Shown here: in pieces, positions 14,131 through 27,024 of the stretch
How positions within the stretch are numbered: position 1 is the first letter of the stretch
Layout: each line of letters begins with the position of its first letter
Origin: Octopus sinensis
Lineage: Eukaryota
DNA: 64,000 bases
Reading direction: 5' to 3'
Assembly: GCF_006345805.1 (NCBI RefSeq)
Contig: NC_042998.1
Coordinates: 126,790,001 to 126,854,000, forward strand
The notes under the pieces: model-generated
The model's database searches: none
Told to the model about the DNA's origin: nothing
Seen by the model: only the letters and a program-made list of their open reading frames with translations
Translations under genes and position numbers: made by a program

Positions 14131-15159
14131 ACTGAAATATTTATAACTCGGAAGATTTCAAGCTAAATAATAATTTAATATTTAATAATGGTTTTGACAT
14201 AGTACATCATTAAATAGAATATTTCCAATATGTCAACTCGAGAATTAAATTGGGATAGGAAAAAATAATATTAAAGACAATATTATAGTATAGTTTTACA
14301 AAATTACGCACTAGAATAAAAGAAAACCGAGAGAAATAGCATCCAAAGCGAACAACAGTCTTGATATGAACAATAAACAAAAAATAAAAATCTTTGTATC
14401 CCAATTATTTTACTGCATGTCTCTAATTAAATTGATTAATTTGTTAAATAAAATTTGTGACAGCTACATCTGTTTTAAGCAATCTAGAAATCATATTCTG
14501 TATAACGAGTTTCACAAAATTATATATATAAAAATAAATAGACGTGTTTGTATAAGGTTAGCGAAGTTTGTGTGCTTGAGTTTATGATTTTAGCAATGTA
14601 TATTTGTATTTATGATTTTAATATGTTTCTATATTTACGTAAGAATTTATTCAATCAGGGTACATATGTATAATTGTGCATAAGAATACATACAGTAATG
14701 TATAGATGTTTCTACGCTTGCAAATATTTTTTACGATGCGGATTTCGGCGATGTCTGTTCTAACATTGAAATATCACTCGATGTTTCCAAACATACAACT
14801 TCAATAAACCAAAAAAAATGGAATATTTCACTGGACGAGAAGGTTAAAAAGCTGTGTAACTTTAACATTTGGACGAGAATATTTGAAATAATGAGAAATG
14901 CAATCGATATTTTTCGTACCAACATCGAGTCTTATATAAAAATATCGCGAGCAAACGTGACAGCTTGAATTTTTCCAATAATTTATTGTTCATAAAATAG
15001 AGAGAGCAAGATCTAACATTTAAATCATAGGAACACGTATTCGCAAAAACATGTAATCCTGAGAGTCAAAGAACGGCAATTGGATAATTAAACTTGCACC
15101 ATGTCGTGTTGTTGCTCGATCTCGGGTTAGCTCTTATTGAACAGAACAGTTGTGTTCAA

Positions 15160-15270
15160 GGCAGCCTGGTCAGGTTCTGCATTAATCAATGAATGTGTCT
15201 CACGATGGGGTGTGATTTGAGAGAGATTTATCTGCTTTTCTAGCCAGTTCAACGACAGCATTGAACACCT
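15160..15270 (-). mobile_element. Dispersed repeat family D fragment
   Basis: Reverse complement gctagaaaagcagataaatctctctcaaatcacacc resembles 42960-43150 and 61915-62100. Confidence 0.4.
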
Positions 15271-16325
15271 ATCAACACCTTCGTTAGTTGAAAGTCGTGT
15301 TGGTGTTGATTGTGTGCTCATTATCAAGTTGTATATTTGATAATGTTATTCTAGATGAATCACAGTAAACTGGGCTCAAACATTTTTGGTTCTAATGTAA
15401 TTTATTAAAAATTTCGGAAACGCATTTTTGTCCAGTATGTCAGGCATCTGTCTGAGCATCACACAGTTCACACCACACATATAAAATTAATGATAATGAA
15501 GGTTATCGAGTTGGTGGTGCTAGTGGATATATTTTACTGAACATGTTCAGAAGTCAGTCAAGTTTGCTCTGGTAATATTTAACTCAAGAACTTGTTCAAA
15601 ATATTTAGAATGACCCATGACTTCAGCATCTTAATATCGTTGGTGATGTTTCTAGGCAACCCTTATCCGATCGCTTTTCTTCTTTTCAAGAAGTGATGCT
15701 TCAGTTTAGCAGTGGGATATGCAATTTTCATTTTTAAGTGTTTCTTATTATCGTGTCGCAATCAGGAAGGCTTCGCTCAAGTGTATTGGGTGGAAAGAAC
15801 ATGATTAGTTTAGTTAAATTATTTCAATAGCCAGTGATTGGACTATTGTCCTGACTACATACAATGCTTGTTTTAGTTTTAGGGATATTAGTTAAAGAAA
15901 CATACAATAGTCACAAAAATGTCTCTATTAATCAGCTTGATGTTAGGTGAGAGACAAACGAAGTTCAATAGAGAAGACTTTATTTCTCATTCTCCCTCTC
16001 TCCACCCCAATCACTTATTTTCTCAATGTGGTTTTAATAATAATTACTATAGTAATTGTAGCGTTAAGCAGTGATGTGAAATAAGCAGACTTTTTGTTAA
16101 CTCATATTTGCGACAAATTTTATCTTCTACTTCTAAATTGCAAGAGAAAAAATTTCACCCTAGAGACAAAAAAAAAAAAATCTCATTTTCGTTCTCAACC
16201 GTTGCTCAGGTTTGGAAATCATTTGCCTTGAAACGATAAAGTCAAGTCTTCTTAATGTAGATTTGTTAGTACAGAGACTAGCAAATCACCAACCACCCAC
16301 AAATGTATTCTAATTGTTGTTACTT

Positions 16326-16660
16326 GTGAAGGAGCATGGCTCAGTGGTTAGAGCGTCGAACTCACAATCCCGTTATAGTGAGTTCGATTCCCGGACCAGG
16401 CTGCGTTGTGTTCTTTAGCAAGACACTTTTTTTTCAGTTCGCTTAGCTACAGAAATGAGTTGTGATGTGATTTGTGCCAAGCTGTCTTGGCCTTTGCTTT
16501 TTTCTTGGATAACATAAGTAATGTTGGGAGGGAAGTTTGGTAGGCTTGGGCGACTGCTGGTCTCCCCAAAATGACTTCGCTCAGACTTGTACCTCGGAGG
16601 GGAACTTTCCAGGTGAAATCCTATGGTCATTCATGACCGAAGGGGATCTTTACCCTTTTA
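16326..16660 (+). mobile_element. tRNA-derived SINE family B copy
   Basis: Pol III A-box tggctcagtgg (16337) and B-box gagttcgattcc (16380), followed by the conserved tgttctttagcaagacactt body shared with 18150, 51559 and 55281. Confidence 0.75.
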
Positions 16661-17454
16661 CCATATTGATGCAGATAGTGTTTATTTTTGCCTTTTCAAT
16701 CAATTTCCGCGCCACCTCATTTCTTTTAAGTTTGTACTAAAAACAGCGTCGCTTTATTAAAAATGGTATCACGATACGATTGGGCTGTAAAGAATTAAGA
16801 GTATTGGGCCATAGTTCCAACCTAATCCATTTCAGCATCGATTCGTTTATCCATGTCATTCTGCCGTTTACTATATTCTTATTGTTAGTGTTGTTTTTAG
16901 ACTGATTTTCTTTTTAATGTTGTGGACGTTGGACTGGTGTGAATAAGTTTCGCTTATATGGCAGATATAACTGATAATTGCTACATCAGTCTATTTCATT
17001 CTACTCTAACTGAAACAGAATATAAAGTCGCTGTTTGCGTTATAGACTTCACTTCATTTATTAACTGACCAATTGATATTGAGGAAATATTTGGTTTTGA
17101 ATTGCTCTTTATGTCATATTCTGGTAATGTTCATTAAAACAGAATAAACAAAAAGATAAAAATCATATCGTACTTGATACAATTCATACTAATTAGTTAA
17201 AGGAGGCGGCACACTTTCGGAATATTGATGGCTTATTGATAAGTTTGTCATGGTAAGCTGCTTTTCATCAATACAAGTGTCTCTACGAACGTATTCCAAG
17301 CAAATGTTGACCAGCGCTGAGGTTTTCATTCTGTTCATAGATCAGGTAATTAAATTTCTTTTATCTATTGAAACTTTATAAACTGAATGACGGTGTTGTC
17401 AGACATCTACCTATTAGATTTTTCACTTATCATTAGCCTACTGAAGACAATATG

Positions 17455-17517
<63 letters not shown>

Positions 17518-17520
<3 letters not shown>

Positions 17521-18017
17521 TAGTTTTATTTATATAGCGTGCTTTCACTTCACTACCGAGCGCAGCTCTGTGTGCCTTGGGTATGTGCTGTGATTTGTTG
17601 TGATGCTCTGATGGTTAATGTATGGAAAGTGTTCTGCGTAGGATGTGTGCAGTGCCTAGTAGTGCAATTTTCTGTATGTTATATGTGTTTGTAAGTCCTG
17701 GTGTTTTTGTTATGTATTTGTCTGAATATTTTTTTATCATGCCTAATGCACCTACTATGATAGGAATTGTTTCTGTTTTCAGATTCCACATTCTAGTTAC
17801 CTCTATTTCCAGGTCTTTGTATTTTGAGAGTTTCTCCATTTCTTTTAGAGACACGTTGTCATCTGCCGGTATTGATACATCAATTAGAAAGCATTTTTTT
17901 TCTTCATGTTCTCTGACAACTATATCTGGTCTGTTGGCCTTAATTTCTCTATCTGTGTGTATCGGCATATCCCAGAGTATGGTTGCTTTCTCGTTAAACA
18001 GAGTTAAGATAAATGGG
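17518..18017 (-). mobile_element. 5'-truncated R4/Dong-like non-LTR retrotransposon (restriction-like endonuclease C-terminus plus 3' UTR) embedded in a (TAA)n array
   Basis: Minus-strand frame ATILWDMPIHTDREIKANRPDIVV...LIDVSIPADDNVSLKEMEKLSKYKDL...IIVGALG is the PD..D..(E)K REL motif set. The 3' end aataaaactactg is followed by (AAT)n, and another ATT array lies at the 5' side. Confidence 0.85.
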
Positions 18018-18079
<62 letters not shown>

Positions 18080-18112
18080 CATCATCATCATCATCATCAT
18101 TATCATTATTAC

Positions 18113-18149
<37 letters not shown>

Positions 18150-18400
18150 GCCTAGTGGTTAGGGTGTTGCACTCACGACCGCGAAATCGTGGCTTCAGTT
18201 CCTAGTCAGGGTTGTGCGTTGTGTTCTTCAACAAGAACACTTCATCTCACGCTGCTCAGCGTTCACTTCGACACCTGTCGTGTGGTACGCTGTGCAACAT
18301 CGATTTGATGGAGGGAGTGAGCTACTGTGCAGTACGTATACAGTACATACGTTCGATCGCTATCAGTGTAAGTCGTTAGGCAAAAGCTGAACACTCATAC
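18150..18400 (+). mobile_element. SINE family B related copy
   Basis: cctagtggttagggtgttgcactcacg head and gttgtgttcttcaacaagaacacttcatctcacgctgctc body. Confidence 0.6.
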
Positions 18401-18484
18401 GTCTTCGACGAGAGAGTCCATCAGTATCGCCGTTATCATCATCATCGCCGCCGCCACCACCACGATATTTAACACCTGAGTATC

Positions 18485-18703
18485 AATGTGAAAGTCCTCG
18501 CTGTTAGTACTCCCAGTGCTCCTATTGGGATGTCAGTTACTGTCTTCACTGCCCACATTCGTATAATTTCGTCTTTTTGTAGCTTGTACTTTTCAATCTT
18601 TTCCAGCTCTTTCTTACTCGTGCATTTCCAGGTATCAAATGATTTTACTGCACTGCCGAGCGCATGTCTGTATGCCTTGGGTATATGCTGTGGTTTGTTT
18701 TAG
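18485..18703 (-). mobile_element. R4/Dong-like fragments (REL C-terminus and 3' UTR)
   Basis: Minus frame EKIEKYKLQKDEIIRMWAVKTVTDIPIGALG. Segment 18640-18703 (ccgagcgca...tgccttgggtatatgctgtg) matches the 3' UTR at 17540-17605. Confidence 0.7.
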
Positions 18704-18727
18704 TCTTGGTATTTTCACTGTATTTTC

Positions 18728-18886
18728 ACCATTTTAATTCCTAAATCCACTGAGACATTAAACCCACAAAGCTACAAACCCATAAGATGTCTACCTACAA
18801 CTTACAAAGCCTTAACTGAAATAATGTAACGGAGAATAGGCAGATTTCTAGAAGAAAACAATCTGTTCCCCAAAGCGCAGAAAGTA
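18728..18886 (+). mobile_element. R4/Dong-like reverse transcriptase N-terminal fragment
   Basis: Frame TILIPKSTETLNPQSYKPIRCLPTTYKALTEIM*RRIGRFLEENNLFPKAQK matches the T.LIPK...YRPITCLPT.YK motif of R4-clade RTs. One in-frame stop. Confidence 0.7.
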
Positions 18887-20635
18887 AGGGTGTATGTTAG
18901 CAAAATTAGTTGAATAAAAAAATGCAGAAGATTTCAGAAAAATGAAAGATAATGCGGTATAAATATATAAGTACAGAATTTAGTTTTTATGAGATTAGGT
19001 AATAAAATAAAGCAACGATATGGTTGGTTAAACTACCATCTAGATTCTTGAAAAATATGTCTCCTCCTTAACAACAAATGATGAAAACAAAGGCACTAAA
19101 AAATTAAGTCCTAGTGAAATGACATCAGACTTGTTATCTTATGCAAGAGTAACAAAGAAACGGTTGTCATACATAAAAAAATATTAAATATTAAAACATA
19201 TTAAAACACTGATGATTATGTCTAACAAATATTAATTCTTCCGTCTGTAACTTGGGCAAAAGATGACTGGAACAGAAGTTGTGATTTGAATTACTAGGTA
19301 CTAAAATACTGTAGTAGAGAATAAAAGGATGAAACTGTTGGAAGTTCCGAACCAGATGCAACATATTCAAATGGGAGGATCCTCAGTTAACATCTCTAAA
19401 ACACCGTCAGCACATAAAGCAAGAATACAATCCTTCATCACCACACTGTTCTTACTCATGCTAAAATTCTTAGTCTTTACAAATATTTGAACTGACAATC
19501 GCTGATGAACTCACATTTCTGACTCACATTTATAATAGTATACAGTCTGTGTTTCAGTTTTACTTATTGAACAGTTGCTGACCCTATATAAAACAGAGTT
19601 AAGATAAATGGGATACTATTTAGATCTTTTGGGAGGTGGTGTTGCTGGACGCACAAACAACTGAAACCGAATTCTATGAAAATTTTACTGATTTTTGGAT
19701 TGGCAATAACTCATTTATTAATATGCTGCAACCATCCAACGCAGACGTTTCCTTTCTGTTTCTTACGCCGTTAATAGATTACCAGAATTTTCTGAAGTAG
19801 CAAGTTATATGTCTCCACTCCCCAACCCATCAGATACATTCATTTTCATCCTAGTCCTCTCTACTCCATTTCCATAAATGCAAAATATTTGAAATTTCTT
19901 CAATTCATGTATTTCTTCGAATGAATAACAACGACAATTCACCACTCATGGAAGGTCTCCAAAGGTTATGAGCACTATTCTTCTACAGTCCAATAAATAT
20001 CTAAACATAAATACACACACAAACACACACACACGTACACACTTCTAATTTCATATACTACACTCTTGTGGATCGTGAAGTTTGAAATTGCAGATTGGAT
20101 ACTGTCTCCCTACTGAAATGAACGTTTTCTGTATTAAGTTCAATCGAAACTAATTCATGGGAGTCACTGAGGCTGATGGAAATAAAGTCGTGATCTTGCG
20201 ATCAATAGATATAGATATTTATCTGTTTGGATGTATATAGTGTTTATATGTTCACGTGTGTATCAACGTTAATACACATGGATATGTGTTGCTATACATT
20301 TACACATTTAGTAGCGAAATATATCAACTAATATTATTAGTAATTCTCTGTATTGCATTTGATAAAAGAATGAATGTTAGACAATTTCTATTTTATAATT
20401 TTACTATGGAGATTTCGTTTGTAAAATTTTAAATTTCGGTTTTTGTTATAAGCATTATTGTCTTAATAAAGGAGGAAGCAGGAACTTCATACTAAAAAGC
20501 ACTATAGTTGCCGGAGTTCCCTATTCATCAGTAGTTCGTGTGGTATGTTTCTTAAAAAGTACATTTTCATGTAAATGTATGAGTTTAATACATTCATATG
20601 TACGAAATACACCCTCAAAGCGCGTTTACCAAGAT

Positions 20636-20893
<258 letters not shown>

Positions 20894-21701
20894 CCATTTT
20901 CTCTTCTTTTTTTTCTATAGTAATATAATTAATATTTTGTACATTCTTACTGCATATACACGTTTAATCAGATTCGAACCTGCCTATTATTTTTGTTCTG
21001 TAGAGAACATGGGACTATTCGCAGTGACAGGCCAGGCTAAAAATTTGTTTATTAAACCACATGTATGTTAACTTATTGAAAATTCATTTCATATTTCCAT
21101 ACCCACATGTATATATCATGTACTTGTGAATAATACCTACAAGTTCTTCATCGGCTGCATCACAATTATTCTCATCGAAGTGATTTTTGAAGAAAAATAT
21201 AAATAACTTGGAGATACAACACAAGTTTATATAGAGAAAGAATAAACAGGAAACGTTAATCTTTGATGCACCATACAGAGGGAGTTCGTGTAATCTTACC
21301 TCTAGTAAGTTTTTGGCTATACCAACATTTTCCTCCGAGAGTTGTATCTCTCCTTATGCGATCTGAAAAGGCAATTTCAGGGTTGAATATAAGACTGCAC
21401 AGAACAGACAAATGTGCAAGAAGACAGGTACCTTTAAAACAGACCGAATGAAACAGACTTACGAGACAAGATTTTTTCAAAGTGCTTAACATGGAATCAG
21501 CTTCTTCAGAACATATGTACTTGACTATAGGACAAAGTAATAAGTAATACACTCCATGGTACATCATAATTAGACTTAGTGAAGTATATGCATACAAACA
21601 GATATACGCATTCACTCGCACACATACATGTATATTAAATAACATATATAAATGTATACAAAGCAAACCATATATATATATATATATATGTGTATGTATG
21701 T

Positions 21702-21740
<39 letters not shown>

Positions 21741-21773
21741 TATATATATATATATATATAATATATATATATC

Positions 21774-22151
21774 ATGGCACTCCGTCAGTTACGACGACGA
21801 GGGTTCTAGTTGATCCGATCAACGGAACAGCCCGCTCGTGAAATTAACGTGCAAGTGGCTGAACACTCTACATACTCGTGTACCCTTAACGTAGTTCTCA
21901 GGGAGATTCAGTGTGACACAGAGTGTGAAAAGGTTGGCCCTTTGAAATACAGCTATAACAGAAACAGGAAGAAAGAGTAAGAGAAAGTTGTAGAGAAAGA
22001 GTACAGCAGGGTTCGCCATCAGCCCCTGCCGGAGCCTCGTGGACTTTAGGTGTTTTCGCTCAATAAACACTCACAACGTCCGACCTGGGAATCGAATCTG
22101 CAGTCTCACAACCGCGAGTCCGCTTCCCAACCACTGGACCATTGCGCCTCC
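21774..22151 (-). mobile_element. SINE family B related composite copy
   Basis: 21774-21955 is the reverse complement of the 3' half of 55281-55577. 22050-22151 is a reversed tRNA-like head (gggaatcgaat...aaccactggaccattgcgcc). Confidence 0.7.
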
Positions 22152-23190
22152 TCACACACACACACACACACGCATACGTACACTACATGAAGAATCGAAT
22201 GTATTAAATATAAATGTACATATCGTTATTTCTATCATCATTAATAGGTGTAGATATGCTAAATTAATCAGAGCTTCAAAAAAACCTCAGCAAATATTTT
22301 TTGCTATTTAATTATGTGAACAGAAGTTTTGACGGCGTCTGTCGCTGAGAAGGCTTCATCACGCCGAAACATGTCCCTGACAGTCTGTTCTGCTTCAGAG
22401 CCATAATCAATGTGTTTTTACACACAATATGTATAAGAATAAATTTTTTCCGAGACAAGACTTTCCCTAGCGAGCGTCTACGTTGTAAGGTACAGGAACG
22501 CGGTAAATAGGAACGTACACATCGTTTCATACACCTACATGCACACATGTATACATATACATATATACATACACGCTCACGCACACACAAATAAAATACA
22601 TAATATTAAATAGAAAGACGTGAATAAAGAGAGGGAGGGATTGACAGGTTAGTAGCCAAATGGGTGGGATAGTATGAAGTGCTTTCGGTTGAGGAGGAGA
22701 AATGAGAGAAGACCACTTCTGAGGGTGGGAAGGTTGTGGGGGAAGTGGAATGTAGCTGGTTAGACGAATTGCAAAGGTAACGATGGGAAAGAACAGTTTA
22801 ATAAGAAGGGTGGTATTTAGTTGAGGTGGTAAGTTGCTAGGCTGACCTTGTCGTACTTCAAACACTATGGGGTGGGAGGATGGGGCTGAGGGGAAGACCA
22901 CACTGCTGCTAAAAACTATGACCCGTACACAAGCATACATACACATACACACGCATACACCCCCCCACACACAAGGATACACATCTTAGAAGAACAAAAT
23001 GAAGTAAATGGAGCAAGAGCACACCCGAAACTGAAGAAGTCACAGATGTGTGACGAAAGATTTCCAAACAATGGACACGAGTTAAAATAATAAAATAAGA
23101 ACAGTAATAAACGAGTGAAGAAAGAAAAATATATAGTGTGTGTGTTTATTTAGCAAAAAAGAAATGACCATTCCGAAATACAACAATAAC

Positions 23191-23860
<670 letters not shown>

Positions 23861-25539
23861 AGCCATTATGCGGATAAACAAATTAGACAGATCAAATAAA
23901 TTAATATATTAAATAGATCAAATACAAAATATGTATGTGTGTATACATGCAAAACGAGGTGGAAACTTTCAGATGATGAATTTTTATGAATGAATATATA
24001 GATATTTATATTAATAAGTACAACTTACACAGAGTACAAATGATAGAGAAATCTCAAAATGTTCCCTATACCCTATCTTGGTTCATCGTAAGTGAGGGTC
24101 CCTCATACAACGCAAACACCGGTATGTGTAAACCATGTTGAAGAGAATCGCTAAGCATTCTTCGCTATCACAGCCCCTCATTACGTAATAGCTTCTCAGA
24201 TGTAATACTGTCTTGTAAATACAGGTTCTATTCATCATTTATGCATTATATTAAATCTATGTAATCCCGTCACAATAAGTATCCTTAATTAAAATCACCT
24301 TGAACTACGACAACGTAGGTTTAGCAACTTAACATCTCAACTAATACCACCCTTCTTTATTAAACTGTTCTTTCCCATTGTTACCTTTGCAATTCCTCTA
24401 ACCAGCTACATCCCACTTCCCTCACAGCCTTCCCACCCTCAGAAGTGGTCTTCTCTCATTTCTCTTCCTCAACCAAAAGCACTTAATACTACCCAAATTA
24501 TTTGGATACTAACCTGTCAACCCCTCCCTCTATTCTTTTCTTTCTATTCAATTTCATATACTTCTGCATACCATAGTACTCCCCCTCCAATACCAACCCA
24601 CATTCATTATCCCACTAACCACTGCTATCTTGATCACCAACTCACCCCCACTCTGCCCACCTCTATTTCCTCTCATACCTTTCCACATACCTTAGTAATC
24701 TCTCCCTTCCACTGAACTAGACACTTTACTTCCCTCAAATAATTACCACTCCATCTCTCACTAGCTCAACCAATATTTCTATAGCTTTTATCCCCAAACT
24801 CAGCACAACCATTCAAATACTATCTACTCCACTCTCCTATTCATCTTCCTACTCTCCATCTCGACTATTACTCCCCTAAGAGCCTCATTATTAATCCCTC
24901 CTCTTCTTGAACTATCTTTTCTCCTCACACCAATCTCTGTCTTCATACCTACCAGTCCTGACTCTATTAATCCAAGCTCTCCACATTTAATCATTCCATC
25001 TTTGAACATCTCTGCATTAAGATCAGAAATGTAAGATTTTTTCTACCCTGATGACAGAGGCTCATCTCGTCCTATGTCAAAGGCATTCATACAGCCGCAT
25101 ATTGCGATGAACTAAATCTACCAACCTTATTATAGACCGCCGAAATACCCAGAAACAAAGTTGAACTTATAATAATATTCCTCTACCCCTTTAATGTTCC
25201 CAATCATTTGTGCTATATGTAAGTTGGATCTATTAATATAAATATCTATATATCTATACATAAAAATTCATCATCTGAATGTTTCTACCTCATTTTGCAT
25301 GTATACATATATAATATTTTGGATTTGATGTATTCAATATACTTGATCTCTCCAATTTGTTTATCTGCATAATTGCCTCTATACCCGCTCAACTTGATCC
25401 CTCTTATAGCCGTTCTTTACCCTGTATAATGACCCCCCCCCGTAAAAGCCATCGGAGTCTAAGTTTGAATCTTTTGACCACTAATAAGTGTTTTCTATAC
25501 GGAGAATATCTGGATCTCATCTGTGAACTATACACACAC

Positions 25540-25598
<59 letters not shown>

Positions 25599-25682
25599 GC
25601 ACACACACACATATATATATACATACACATACATACACAAACACACATATATATATACATACACATACATACATATATACAT

Positions 25683-25721
<39 letters not shown>

Positions 25722-25892
25722 CGTACTCATACATGTAAATATATGTGTATTTTTTCAATGTGTACAAATAACACGGAAAAAATAAATAAATAGTTACCAG
25801 AGTAGCAAAAAATTCACATAAGTACCAAGGGTGTTACAGTCTACTTATAAAAGTAGGGGATTCCAGTATTTAGTGAAATGTTTTTGTATAAC

Positions 25893-26110
25893 AGATAAAT
25901 AAAGAAATTGGGTTAAACGCAGGTATTATTCAGATCTTTATATTTCCGACATATGTTTCGAAGAAGACATTGGTATTATTCCAGGACGAGATGATCGCAT
26001 TGTTTTACATCATTTTATTCCCTCTGGAATAATACCAATGTTTTCTTCGAAACAGATTTCGGAAGTATAAAGATTTGAATAACACCTGCATTTAACCCCA
26101 TTTCTTTATT

Positions 26111-26115
<5 letters not shown>
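25893..26115. repeat. Foldback module (about 95 bp arms, 223 bp)
   Basis: agataaataaagaaattgggttaaacgcaggtattattcagatc... pairs with ...gatttgaataacacctgcatttaaccccatttctttatttatct. Confidence 0.9.
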
Positions 26116-26201
<86 letters not shown>

Positions 26202-27024
26202 CCTTCTCTCTCTTTCAATCTATCTATCTCTATATTTAGAGTAACACGTTGTTGTTTCTGATGATGGGTATTGAGTCCTTTGCTCAACTCAACTACCTGA
26301 TCTCATTGAATTAGCGTGCTAGTGGTTAAGTATCTTAAATACGTGTACCACTAATACAGTACTTCAACAGAATTACCTATCCATTTTATGACGAGGTTCG
26401 TCCATTGAATTTCAGTTATAATCTATTCGACGAGTTTTCATATAGTTTCTGTTTACTAATTACACTCTTGAGGGTATGATAAAGCAGACTTGTTCATGAT
26501 GCCAGACAGTGGAACTTCGTGATTGTAAATCTAACTTATTAACTAATATATTTATTCTGTACATGGGTATATTCCAAATTCATTCTTTCCATCTATTTAT
26601 TTCACCCACGTTCGTGCTTAGGTGAAATAACTTAATTGCTAAGCTATTTAGTGAATTACAGCCTCGTTGAGAAGAATTAAGATACGTTTTCAGAGCTTCA
26701 TGATGCCACATGATTTGTTCCTAGATATTTCATACTTTATTTTTAGCTTAATTTCTCTCATAGAAATTTTTTCCTATCTTGATAAAACAAGCTTTGGTTA
26801 TGTATAAATATAGCTCACTTCTATGTTCTCTCTGTATGTTACGGTTGCTTTATATGTAATCCCGTGTAACTGATTACTATTTATTGCGAGATTTTACGAA
26901 ACTCTGCCCCTTTGTAATCTGACAGAAGTGAGTTCTTGCAGAAACAGCTAAATATTATATAAGGTCAACGTTATGTAAATATACAATGTCTTTATTTAGG
27001 GTATTTTCGAATAAGCCTTTCGAT

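Noticed and set aside
16331-16400. tRNA-like sequence with A and B boxes (also at 18150, 22050-22151, 41110-41160, 51559, 55281)
   Set aside because: No complete cloverleaf. Each runs into a shared SINE body, so these are SINE heads rather than tRNA genes.
26258-26300. CTGATGA hammerhead core (also at 25106, 19502, 31115)
   Set aside because: No stem II followed by GAAA.
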